DNA of 63,327 bases, counting the filler, from Lenisia limosa (Eukaryota > Protista > Breviatea), in assembly GCA_001655205.1 (NCBI GenBank). It is 7 parts of 7 records of this genome, joined end to end, with 100 filler letters (N's around TTAATTAATTAA, not from the genome) between each part and the next. Parts side by side here need not be neighbours in the genome. Positions count along the whole stretch, not along the records: positions 48,197 to 56,584 come from LPNZ01003356.1; positions 56,685 to 60,294 come from LPNZ01007033.1; positions 60,395 to 63,327 come from LPNZ01001066.1; 4 more parts are not named here. One strand, 5' to 3'. The notes under the pieces are model-generated. The model saw only the letters and a list, made by a program, of their open reading frames with translations, was not told the DNA's origin and did not search any database. Shown here piece after piece: positions 53,590 to 63,327 of the stretch (its first letter is position 1; every line of letters begins with the position of its first letter). The position numbers and the translations under genes were made by a program.

Positions 53590-54750
53590 TCCCCCGCTAA
53601 GAAATCCCCTGCTGCTTAACGTGTTTACTAATACATGAGATAAAAGACCAGCAACTACTGTGATGATTACTGTGATGTACATGTACATATATAAGAGGAC
53701 ATTGAACTTTACTACTGTGATGTATATTATAGGCATTGAACTTGGCGAAAAAATGCAAGGCTTCCTTGAGGCCCCATCTAAACATCTAAGCATATAAGCC
53801 AACCCCGCCCCCAACTGTGGGCTCATCGTCAAAGTCGATTGTTTTATGCTGCTGGATTTTGGTCCAAGTCTAAGGGGGGGGGGCAATGAGAAATGAAACA
53901 GTTGTGTCTGGGTATGATACATACCATGTATCCTATCATATATGATATAGAGAGATGAGAATAGTACAAGGTTGTATCTTGCCGAAGCAGTCAACACCAT
54001 CACGCTTATTAAAGATTATAATTCACCTATCATTTTTCTTACAACTGTGTACACTTCTTCTCTGTGCCACCCCAAAATCATATGATATACAGTGACCAGG
54101 ATGAGTCTTGACCTATTTTCCTGAGGAAATTACATAGCAAATCGGTCAAGACTTATCCCAGTCACTGTATATACTTCNNNNNNNNNNNNNNNNNNNNNNN
54201 NNNNNNNNNNNNNNNNNNNNNNNNNNNNNNNNNNNNNNNNNNNNNNNNNNNNNNNNNNNNNNNNNNNNNNAGAGAAGGGGTCCAAAAGCGTTAATGCATT
54301 TTTGGACAAAGCAATGAGTGACCGTTGTAAGTCCAAAATTTCTTCAGTAAACTATGATTCATATCGTCCAAGGATTACCTCATGATAACTGTATTATAGA
54401 AAACAACCCATATTCAGGAGGTAGTAAAGGTAAAGCATACAATTGACCCCCCAAAAAGGTAACAAATGAGCAAATTCACGACCCCCCCCCCACCTTAGCA
54501 ATCACTGCAGACGAGGCCAAAACGGATGCGCCAACACAGCCATAGAGCAAAGCGGCATAGCCAGACATGCTTAGCATGGACCTAGCGTGGACTGACTTGG
54601 CGGCTGACCTCGGATTGAGGAATGGGAAAGGTGGCTTCGCGGCTGTTTGCAGTCAAATTTGTCAGTGTTTATTCTCTTTTTTTTTCTCTTCCTTTTTCAA
54701 GCTAATAATGGGGAGAGAAAGGTGAAAGGCGCCTTCATCAAAGCCAGCAT
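53590..54750 (-). CDS. Hypothetical protein with an A/S/K/R-rich, possibly mitochondrial-targeting N-terminus
   Basis: Exons AKPPFPFLNPRSAAKSVHARSMLSMSGYAALLYGCVGASVLASSAVIAK and TWTKIQQHKTIDFDDEPT; the joins between them are unresolved. Confidence 0.35.
54090..54167. mobile_element. Tc1/mariner-type MITE, family D
   Basis: TA|CAGTGACCAGGATGAGTCTTGACC...GGTCAAGACTTATCCCAGTCACTG|TA. Confidence 0.85.
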
Positions 54751-54912
54751 GATAAAGGGTTGATATTGTCCCCCGCACGTTTGACTACTTAAAAATTTGA
54801 AAATAACCGCCAAAATGAAAAAGCTAAGCGTTCTTTTGGACAGGCGCAACTATACAATACTATTATGGACATAGTTTAGAAAGAAATGCTTTCTTTCCCT
54901 TCATCAAAATAA

Positions 54913-54971
54913 CGTTTGCTGCGTCTAAAATACACGCCAATGTCGTTTGCTGCGTCTAAAATACACGCCAA
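54913..54971. repeat. 28-bp direct repeat in a probable divergent promoter
   Basis: CGTTTGCTGCGTCTAAAATACACGCCAA, two copies separated by 3 bp. Confidence 0.8.
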
Positions 54972-55729
54972 GTCGCACTACCGGAGGCAACCTCCATCAG
55001 AATGGCATTGTTGGTGGATTTTGGTTTCTAACTCTCATGTGTAGACCCTTCTAAGCCATCTGCATCACTAAATGAGGAAATTGCCGGTATTGAAGCGCCT
55101 AGGTTGGAATAATTGCACGGTTTCAGCCTTCCCCTTATTCCTCTTGAAAGTGTTGATGTTGTTTCCTTTCACTCATCGTATTCAGAGGCTCCAGACGTGC
55201 CAAACAAAACAGCAAGTCGATTTGTAGGCCGGACTGGATGATAGGTGGTAGAGGGGCTTTTGGATAATGCAAATAATAGACACTGAAGTCCTTGACTACA
55301 GATAGTGTGCTGTCCGTGCCAGGACTTATCTATCACAGTCAGTGCTTTGCATAACCATATACTGTATACAACAGTGTTTCCTTGTGAACTTGAAGGAAAA
55401 TCTTGAAATATGTATGAAATCTTCCAAAGAATCTACCTTCATGAGGAAGCTGCTTCAACCTGCTCCAGTCTCGTAACACAGCACTGTGCGGGTTTTCTTT
55501 CTCTTGCCCTTTTGCAACTAGAAAGGAGTTTTCTTTCTTTTCCTCTTTGCTAATGTGTTTTCCCAGTAATATCCTGTACATATCATATGTTACTATCAAA
55601 GCTATACTCTCTTCAGGTTTTATTTTCTCATTTGGTACTGCTAATTATATCTTGAATCCTCCCATCCCAATAACACATATGTAGTTTCCGTATTGTATTG
55701 TATCGCTCTTCTCAACAATATGGTCCTTT

Positions 55730-55811
55730 TATATCACTTTCAGTTCCAAAAAGACTGAATTCTCGATAATCGATATTTTACCCGGTTTTTGGAACTGAAA
55801 GTGAAGCCCTA
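55730..55811. mobile_element. hAT-type MITE, family A (left end eroded)
   Basis: TCACTTTCAGTTCCAAAAAGACTGAATTCTCGAT...GGAACTGAAAGTGAAGCCCTA. Confidence 0.7.
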
Positions 55812-56479
55812 TTATTAGGAGACATTTACCAGTCCTCATCTATTGCGAAACCATTTAATGCTCCCTAGCTATCCGACCAACGACCAACAAAACTGTGCAG
55901 CTTCAGGCAAGCAACACCCCCTGGAGAGCTGGTGAGTGTCTACCCCATCTCTTTGGTATTTACTTTCCAGTTTTCCTTTTTCGAGAGCAAAAAAAGGAAA
56001 TAATATGATTTAAATACATAGGATACAATAAGCAAGATTAAAATAATACCGAGTGTACTCTAAAGGCGCCCCTATCCATCAATACATTGACCTCTTTTAG
56101 GTATCCCACAGAAGGCTACAAGGAGTAAGTCTAGCGAAAGTCCAAGAAGAGTGAACAGAGTGAGGGGGGGGAGCGAAGTTTGTGGTGGTGGTGGTTCTGG
56201 TACTATCATGTTATCACAAATAGTCTTCATACCATTATGACTTTTCAATTCGGGAGAAACGAAACTCCTAGGCTAAACTCCTCCGCATTTTTGAGATCTA
56301 TTGTAATACATCAAAACAAATAATTATCATAATTGAAAGTGAATCCTTGTTAGAGTTTCCAAGTAGTCTCCTTGCGGTTTGGATATGATATGTACATGTA
56401 CATACATACATAATATATATAGTATATATATGATATATATATCATATAATAATATATACATACATAAATAATCTTGCAG

Positions 56480-56572
56480 CATCCCCGGGACCGTGCGGTT
56501 GACGATCAAAGCCTCCTGCGCCCCTCGAGCCCCTACGCCGCCTTGGATGACGACCTCGAATTATTGGGACAG
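56480..56572 (+). CDS. Isolated coding exon of an unknown gene
   Basis: TTGCAG|HPRDRAVDDQSLLRPSSPYAALDDDLELLGQ|GTGGGG; GC-rich and free of stops. Confidence 0.4.
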
Positions 56573-56584
56573 GTGGGGGGGGGG

Positions 56585-56684
56585 NNNNNNNNNNNNNNNN
56601 NNNNNNNNNNNNNNNNNNNNNNNNNNNNTTAATTAATTAANNNNNNNNNNNNNNNNNNNNNNNNNNNNNNNNNNNNNNNNNNNN
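56585..56684. other. Artificial scaffold linker
   Basis: N44-TTAATTAATTAA-N44. Confidence 0.95.
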
Positions 56685-59600
56685 ACGGAACCCGTGGTCG
56701 ACGTAAAGGGTTGCCAAATCGAAGTTACGGTTGCTGAGGGCAAGGAAAAGCAAGTTGTCCTCCTGGCAAGTCAGTGTGGAAATATAAAAATATTGAACTA
56801 GTAGATACCATATGATATGTCATATATTTAGCTTTTTTGGCAGGTAGGGCAGGCCAAGGAATTTGAATGTACAGTGATCTGGATAAGTCTTGACCGATTT
56901 TCCTTGAGAAAACATCAGCTAATCGGTCACAACTATCTCGGCCACTGTATAATTCCCTAACACAGAAGAGTACAACACTGATGATAATGATGATAGGAGA
57001 GCAAAATTGGGAAATTAAAGAAACAAAAAATTCAAATCAACTCTGTTGAAACACAAGGGTTGATAACAACAAAACAAATGCAGTACCGCATCCCATCAAT
57101 GATGATAGGCGGTGAAGGTGATGGTAATGATGGCTCCAAAAAAGGGTTGACCGTCCTTTCCCTACTTTGTGTTTGATATGTGTGATTTTGACAGTGTAAG
57201 TACTCAGGTACTCTTTGACAATCTCAACCCTCCCAAAGAGCGTGAGGAAGATCAGTAGGAAATTGGTCTAAAAAGTGAGTTTTTCCAGAGGGTTCAGGCT
57301 TAGTGATAATACATTGAACAAATAAAAGAAAACAGATTAAGGAAACCTTGATAAAAGAAGAGACACGCAAGATAGTAGGCCGAAATGAAAGACGAGTCCG
57401 CTCGCATATTTACAAGTCCGATTACGGGATAATATACTATTGGGATCTTTGTTTTATAGTATCCCTATGTTTATTATGCATCTCTTCTATTTAATGTATG
57501 CTCTTGCTCTCAAACCAATTCAAATGCCCCTCCAACCAATTCCTGGACAGTGAAGCCGATGTTGACGAAATGATCAACTGTCACTCTCAGAACATCCATA
57601 CTTCCAACTTCGCACGCTTTCGAAAGCAGTCCATACACCTGAACAAATAAGATCAACGGGGTCTCAACCATTTTTAATGAGATGAATGGGGCCTCAACCA
57701 TTTTTAATGAGTTCTGCTGCAATCACATTTTGGTTTATTATATTTTGACTGTGTCTCATTATTGCTTTGTATCCCAAGATTATCTTTAATGTAGTNNNNN
57801 NNNNNNNNNNNNNNNNNNNNNNNNNNNNNNNNNNNNNNNNNNNNNNNNNNNNNNNNNNNNNNNNNNNNNNNNNNNNNNNNNNNNNNNNNNNNNNNNNNNN
57901 NNNNNNNNNNNNNNNNNNNNNNNNNNNNNNNNNNNNNNNNNNNNNNNNNNNNNNNNNNNNNNNNNNTAAGCAGGGAAACACACAAAAATGAGGAGGGGTG
58001 GCTTATCTGTACTAATTTGGTCAAAAATTACCAAAGTGAACTTATTTTTACATCAAAATAATAAAAGTCTCCTTTTCATATTTTTTATATGATGAAATAT
58101 TATTCTTTTTTTTTTGTACCTTAAGGGTACGTACCCTTTTCTTACAAAGAGATATACATATAATACAGTGCACGGGATTTAAAGCCTTGACCGATTTGCT
58201 ATGTATTGGTTTGTGTCATAAGATTCCCCCAATAATTAGCCTAGTTGCTAAATTGACCATTTTCTTTTCTTTCTTTCTTATTTTAGCTCTAAACATCTAT
58301 CAGCATTTAAATATTTAGGAGCTCTAAATGCTGTCAATGATGCGGTATAAAGGGGAAAGTATGCATGTAACCGGTCTGAACTACATATCAAATTTTATAA
58401 TTGCGATAGGTCAAACAAAGAGAGGACCTTGCTTACCATGCCCATTATCACTTCGGTTTGCTCTTCAAGAGTGCTCTCCTTTCCTTCAGCCGTGCTTTCA
58501 ATGTTGTTTGTCTTATTTTCTTGGGGCTGCTCATCGAGCACTGTCTCGGTGATAATAGCCATTCTAAGAGGTAAAAATGGCGCGGTTATTTCGTTGGAAC
58601 CTTATTTGCGATATATTTTCCTAATTTACTTATAAATGAATTACTACTTACCACTAAAGATGATTAGAAGGGGAAGAAGAGAACTGTAGACAAAAAAAAT
58701 AATCGAAATTTCAAGCTATAGTAAACATATTCGACAATAACGACTCTCAAATTATAATGTATCTAATTGGTAAAAACATCCATAAAAGGAGAATAAACGG
58801 CGTATGGCTCACCTCACCTCTGGTCAAAGCTTCTAGCTCTTCTCAACTTCTCCTCCCTCTTATACTCCAAGTCCTCCGATAGTCCTCCAGTCCTCCTCTT
58901 CTTTTCCCAAAAAAAAACTGACCCAAAAAAATTAATATCATGCGATGCGGCAGCGGGTCCGCCAAATCAGTCAGCAGTTTATTTACGACTCTTTGCCAAT
59001 ACTCTTCTTATTTGTTTCCAATTTTGCTTACAATTTGCTTACTTACTACCTTACTACCTTACTACTTTTCAACTTTTCAACTTTTCTACTTGAGTCTTGC
59101 TTGGGTCATGTTGGGTCATGAGCAAAAGGATATGATGAACCTAGGAGCCTAGGATAGAATATATACGCCTCCAGATAACAAGTCTCTTTCACCCTCCTCC
59201 CAAACAGCTACCCCAATATATAAAAAATAAGTCAGATTTACCCCACATAAAAAATAAGATGATCTGACGAACTCATACTATACATTGTAAAAAAAACCTG
59301 AAACTTAAAACATAACCTCAGTATAACCTATTTCATTTTGTCTTGACAAGAAGTCTGAATGGTGAAAAAAGGCCAAATATCATCAGCGAAAAGAGAACAA
59401 ACAACTACAACAACCCCCCATTTGACCAAAAACTGCATACAATGACCGTTTTGAGCTCTGAAGGCGACAACTCGTCCAAAAGCGTCATCACCGCAAAAAG
59501 GACATTCTGCATTGTCAGCCTATTCAGCAATATGTAACGTAGGGCTTTGTGCAATTAATTGAAAAATTAATTTTAAATTTTGAATTACACCGCTAACTCC

Positions 59601-59974
59601 AGACCATGCCACGACCGAAGCCACCGCCTAAGCCTAAGGCTAGACTGGGTTCCTTCGCTTATGGTATCCCTATGTATTTATTTGTTTCCCAAGATTTTTA
59701 ATTCATCAATTGCTTATACACACGACTTTCTCCAGTGGAGTTAATATAATTCCATTTGAAGAAAAGTCATTATTCGTCTTGATCCTCTCCCTACATTTCT
59801 GCCACCCCTCTGTTGGGGCTGTGGAGCAGGCTCACTACGCCGCGCAATTGGCGCGGGCGCAATATTGGCTGCGCTTGGCGTGTACTGCGATGAAGGAGCC
59901 CGATGGTCTGCGGCTCGGATAGCTTCCGACTATGACGTCATGAAGGGTGTGGACAAGTGTTGCACCAAGGCTCC
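56685..59974 (-). CDS. Ankyrin-repeat protein (partial; upstream exons above ~57630 tentative)
   Basis: GLLSKACEVGSMDVLRVTVDHF, LIFLTLFGRVEIVKEYL and NLLFLALSNRNFDLATLYVDHGF resemble ankyrin helices. Further minus-strand GT-AG exons extend to ~59970. Confidence 0.55.
56872..56947. mobile_element. Tc1/mariner-type MITE, family D
   Basis: TA|CAGTGATCTGGATAAGTCTTGACCGATT...AATCGGTCACAACTATCTCGGCCACTG|TA. Confidence 0.8.
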
Positions 59975-60294
59975 TGAAATAAAAAAACACCCATTTATAT
60001 AGCTGTCAAAGAACAAAGAGGGGTTCAAAAAAGCATCACACAGGCCATAAAAAGGCATAAGATAACCGCAATCATTTGATGCTCTTCTGAAAATTTATAA
60101 GGCTTCATTTTGATTCCTAAAATTACTATTTCTCGATGATTTCTTTCTGTTATCCCATACAAATCTTTACATCATCAAATGTGATTTCATGTACTCTCTT
60201 TTATAAAATAAAGACCTATTAATCTATTCATATATATACTATATGCTGCTGCACGGAAACCGTGTCATTTATGAGAAACCGTGTCATTTATGAT

Positions 60295-60394
60295 NNNNNN
60301 NNNNNNNNNNNNNNNNNNNNNNNNNNNNNNNNNNNNNNTTAATTAATTAANNNNNNNNNNNNNNNNNNNNNNNNNNNNNNNNNNNNNNNNNNNN
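60295..60394. other. Artificial scaffold linker
   Basis: N44-TTAATTAATTAA-N44. Confidence 0.95.
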
Positions 60395-61796
60395 AATTGT
60401 CGTACTACATGTACGTAAATGCAGAAACAGTCCACAACAAAAATTTAAAAAACAACTTTTAAATGTTTTTATGCATGTCCACGGTTTCCAACACCAACCT
60501 ATATGATATACTATGTATATGCATATGTATGAAAACACAACTACAGGGAAAATGCCAAAGACAACACACCCTTATACCCTGCCAACCCAGCTGCTCTTTG
60601 TCATCATCAATGTCACTGTCATCATCGTCATCAAACAACTTGTCATATTCCTGTTAATGAAAGAATTGAGAACCACAAATAAAAGCAATAACTAACCATT
60701 TGAAGCTGTGTGATGACCCTGCTCATTGTCATCTTCTGAGCTCTCTTCGGTCAAACTCTTGGTGTTCTTTGCTTAGTCTTCTTTGTTGGATTGGTTTTCA
60801 CTGATTTTAAGATCAAATAGCCCAGAAGAAAAAATTTGATCCTTAGACTGCTTCCCCTCTTTTCCTACCCTTAATGATCACTATTTCCTTCTTCTACCCA
60901 AGCTTAGCAGTGATTTAGAAAGAAAGAAAAAAGAAGAAAAGTGTTGCCTGAAACTCCACCCCAGGCCCTAAATCGCATAAACTAGGTTAAAAAAATTAAT
61001 TGGACTCCCGCTTTAAAGGATAAACTTATTAAAAAACAAGCAAATTAGTGTTAGCAGCAGCACAAAGTCCTCAAACATACCGGGAATTGGATTGTGGTTC
61101 TTAACTGGTGAAGCTTACGTAGACAAGGTCAACAAAACGGGAATTACAGTCACTAAGACCTTTGTCAACCTGTAACCAGAACTAAAACAACCACAGTTCA
61201 AGAGACGCTGGAAGTAATCGTTCTCGAGCACGTTCTCAATATCGGACTCCTTTTCCATCTTATTATCCTAAATATCCTTCATATTTTGGACCTGTCTTTC
61301 TTTCCTCCCGATTTTCCTAGCTTTTTGACAAGCTTTGGGTGACTCTTTACTTTTTTGCTGAGCATAAACTATGTGAGCATACTGTCTCCTGCTTGCATTG
61401 AACCCGCGTGAGAGACGGGCTGCATTCTTTGGCTGATGTTGTCAGAATTTTGAATTAAAATCATGGATATTACTGATAAGCTTCCATGAAGCACTTCTTC
61501 TGGAGTCATCAAGATCTTTTGCTGGTGGGTAAGCTTCTCGCTTAACCTCGAGGGCCTTCTTCTCATTTCCACGCTGTTGAGGATCATTCAGCTGCATCAC
61601 GGAAGTAACTTCGTCTGTTGACGTTTTGTATCCAATCTAAAGCGATTAAATTGAATGATATTCATGCACAAACCTTTTTTGATTTTTTGAAAGCATCCCT
61701 TGCTTTGTTCACAGCAAAGACGTCAAGACTTGGTCTACCAGATGGGGGGGAGTAGAGCGTAGCAGTGGGGTCTAAAAGAAAGCGGCGATGTGCTTT

Positions 61797-62070
61797 TTAA
61801 AAATGAATGGATGAGAATATGATTGCAAAGTCACTATCGTTGTCAATGCAACGATAGGCATCGCGAGGGAGGGCATGTGTGGTTCCAATCTGGTTGTGGA
61901 AGGAAACAACTGCATCTCTTAAGTATCTGTTGATCTCTTTATCATTTAAATACCCAAATCCTTCTCTCAGGATAGGTTTCGAAGGCCTCTTGCCTCTAGA
62001 CCAAGACTCCAGGTCCTTTTCCGTTGGGCTTTTCCTGCTCATTGGGTGCTTCTTCAAAGCTTCCTCCTCA
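61797..62070 (-). pseudogene. Intronless ORF fragment in a stop-riddled coding-like region; weak Ulp1/C48-like motif
   Basis: GFGYLNDKEINRYL resembles the Ulp1 WLNDxxINxY motif. No downstream HW or QxxxxDCG motif was found. Confidence 0.25.
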
Positions 62071-62619
62071 CTTACTTAATGTATCTTTCTAACACTGATA
62101 AAATTCTGTTGTTAAAGAGGCTTTCAAGGAGGAAAAACAAAAATAAAAAAAAGAGATTTCCTGGATGGACACTTTTTTTTTTATTATTTTTTATTGATCA
62201 TCCTTCTTTTTTTTTCTTTCACAATTGGTCATTTAAAACCACCTCTCCCTCACCTCCTTTATAAGCTGCGTTGTATTCTTAGTTATTTGTCAATATTCTA
62301 AGCACTGACATGTTTTTTTATATTTTTTTTGAAGCAAATATTCGATTTTTCCAATCCACAGATATAGGTATACTGAAGCCAACATATATCAGATTTTCAC
62401 AAAAGTGCATCAAAATTTTTTCTTTTTTGTGTATCTTTATTTTTTTAAAATGACTTCAACAAAAAAACTGAAAGATAGTGCACAGAGTTAAGTGCTTTTT
62501 TAAGGGTTTTATAGGGTTTAGCCGGGCGTGCATATATAGTATATGATATAGTATATGAAAGCTACAATACTACATATTATTCTTAAGGGGCACAACGTAT
62601 CAACCAGGTCATTGGCACC

Positions 62620-62741
62620 CTAAAGTGCAGCAAGTTGCCTGGCATCTTGGCATTCCCAATCTGTGTTGGCGATGCGGGCTTGCTGAAGGTTGAGATCGGA
62701 GCCCAACATGTCTTCGAGGGTAATGTCTCTCAAACTTGCAC
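62620..62741 (-). CDS. Terminal exon of an unknown gene
   Basis: CACAG|ASLRDITLEDMLGSDLNLQQARIANTDWECQDARQLAAL*. Confidence 0.4.
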
Positions 62742-63327
62742 CTGTGTATGATGGGGTGGATTTCTTTTTTGAAATTGCTCAAAATCAGAATCATACAATT
62801 ATTTAATATATCATATGTAACCCACGTACAAACAAAAGGGAGGGAGTGGTACATTTTGCCCAAATTTAACAATAAAACAGCAAAAAATAGGCCGGATTAT
62901 TAATACGGCCTGATACTCTCTAAGCCAGACTTAGAAAAGTTAAAATCCAAACGTAAAATTCATGTACCCGAACGGTCCCTTATTAGTCATTTTTGTAAAG
63001 CATTGGAATGTGTTAATTCACAGACAATGGAAAATTAACCAGTAAATAATGCCATTTTCGGTCAGGCCCACATCTATGATAATACTTTTCCTCCAAGGGT
63101 ATATTTTATTTCAGTTAACTATAATATATTAAATGTATATCATATCATATACGATATTTTTTCATTTTGGGGTCATTTTTTTCGCGAAAATTCATATTTT
63201 TTATTTTGTCGCTCTAATCGAACTATGAGAAGCATATAACTAAGAGAATTGTCATAACACTCCTGTTGCTAACAAAAATGACAAAAACTTTTATTTGTTG
63301 ATGACAACATTTTATTTTGGCAAAATT

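Overview
Draft genomic DNA from an AT-rich, intron-dense unicellular eukaryote with GT-AG introns and the standard genetic code. It is plausibly an amoebozoan-type protist, but the taxon cannot be determined from the sequence. The window is 7 unrelated scaffolds joined by artificial 100-bp linkers (N44-TTAATTAATTAA-N44), so gene order across linkers has no meaning. Genes I could reconstruct exon by exon: a very large minus-strand protein with PKD/Ig-like repeats (1-13.2 kb), TRAPPC5/Trs31, SELO/YdiU AMPylase (partial), AP-3 delta (3' part), a Q/H-rich protein end, SKI2 helicase (5' part), a two-HMG-box protein, a DENN-domain protein, a GH1 beta-glucosidase and an ankyrin-repeat protein. Introns are mosaics of short repeats: an hAT-type MITE (TAGGG ends, 8-bp TSD), a Tc1-type MITE, CACTA-like and long-TIR elements, and three T-rich families lying sense to the host gene, often at the 3' splice region. 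Most notable findings: (1) a 1.4-kb CAC...GTG TIR element inside an intron of the giant gene, carrying an intact spliced antisense ORF and a tRNA-like sequence; (2) an SNM1/Apollo-like metallo-beta-lactamase with a degenerate HxHxDH motif, nested antisense in an intron that splits the second HMG box; (3) repeat cassettes that recurrently supply polypyrimidine tracts and splice acceptors. All exon models were hand-derived and all family assignments come from remembered motifs; no searches were run.
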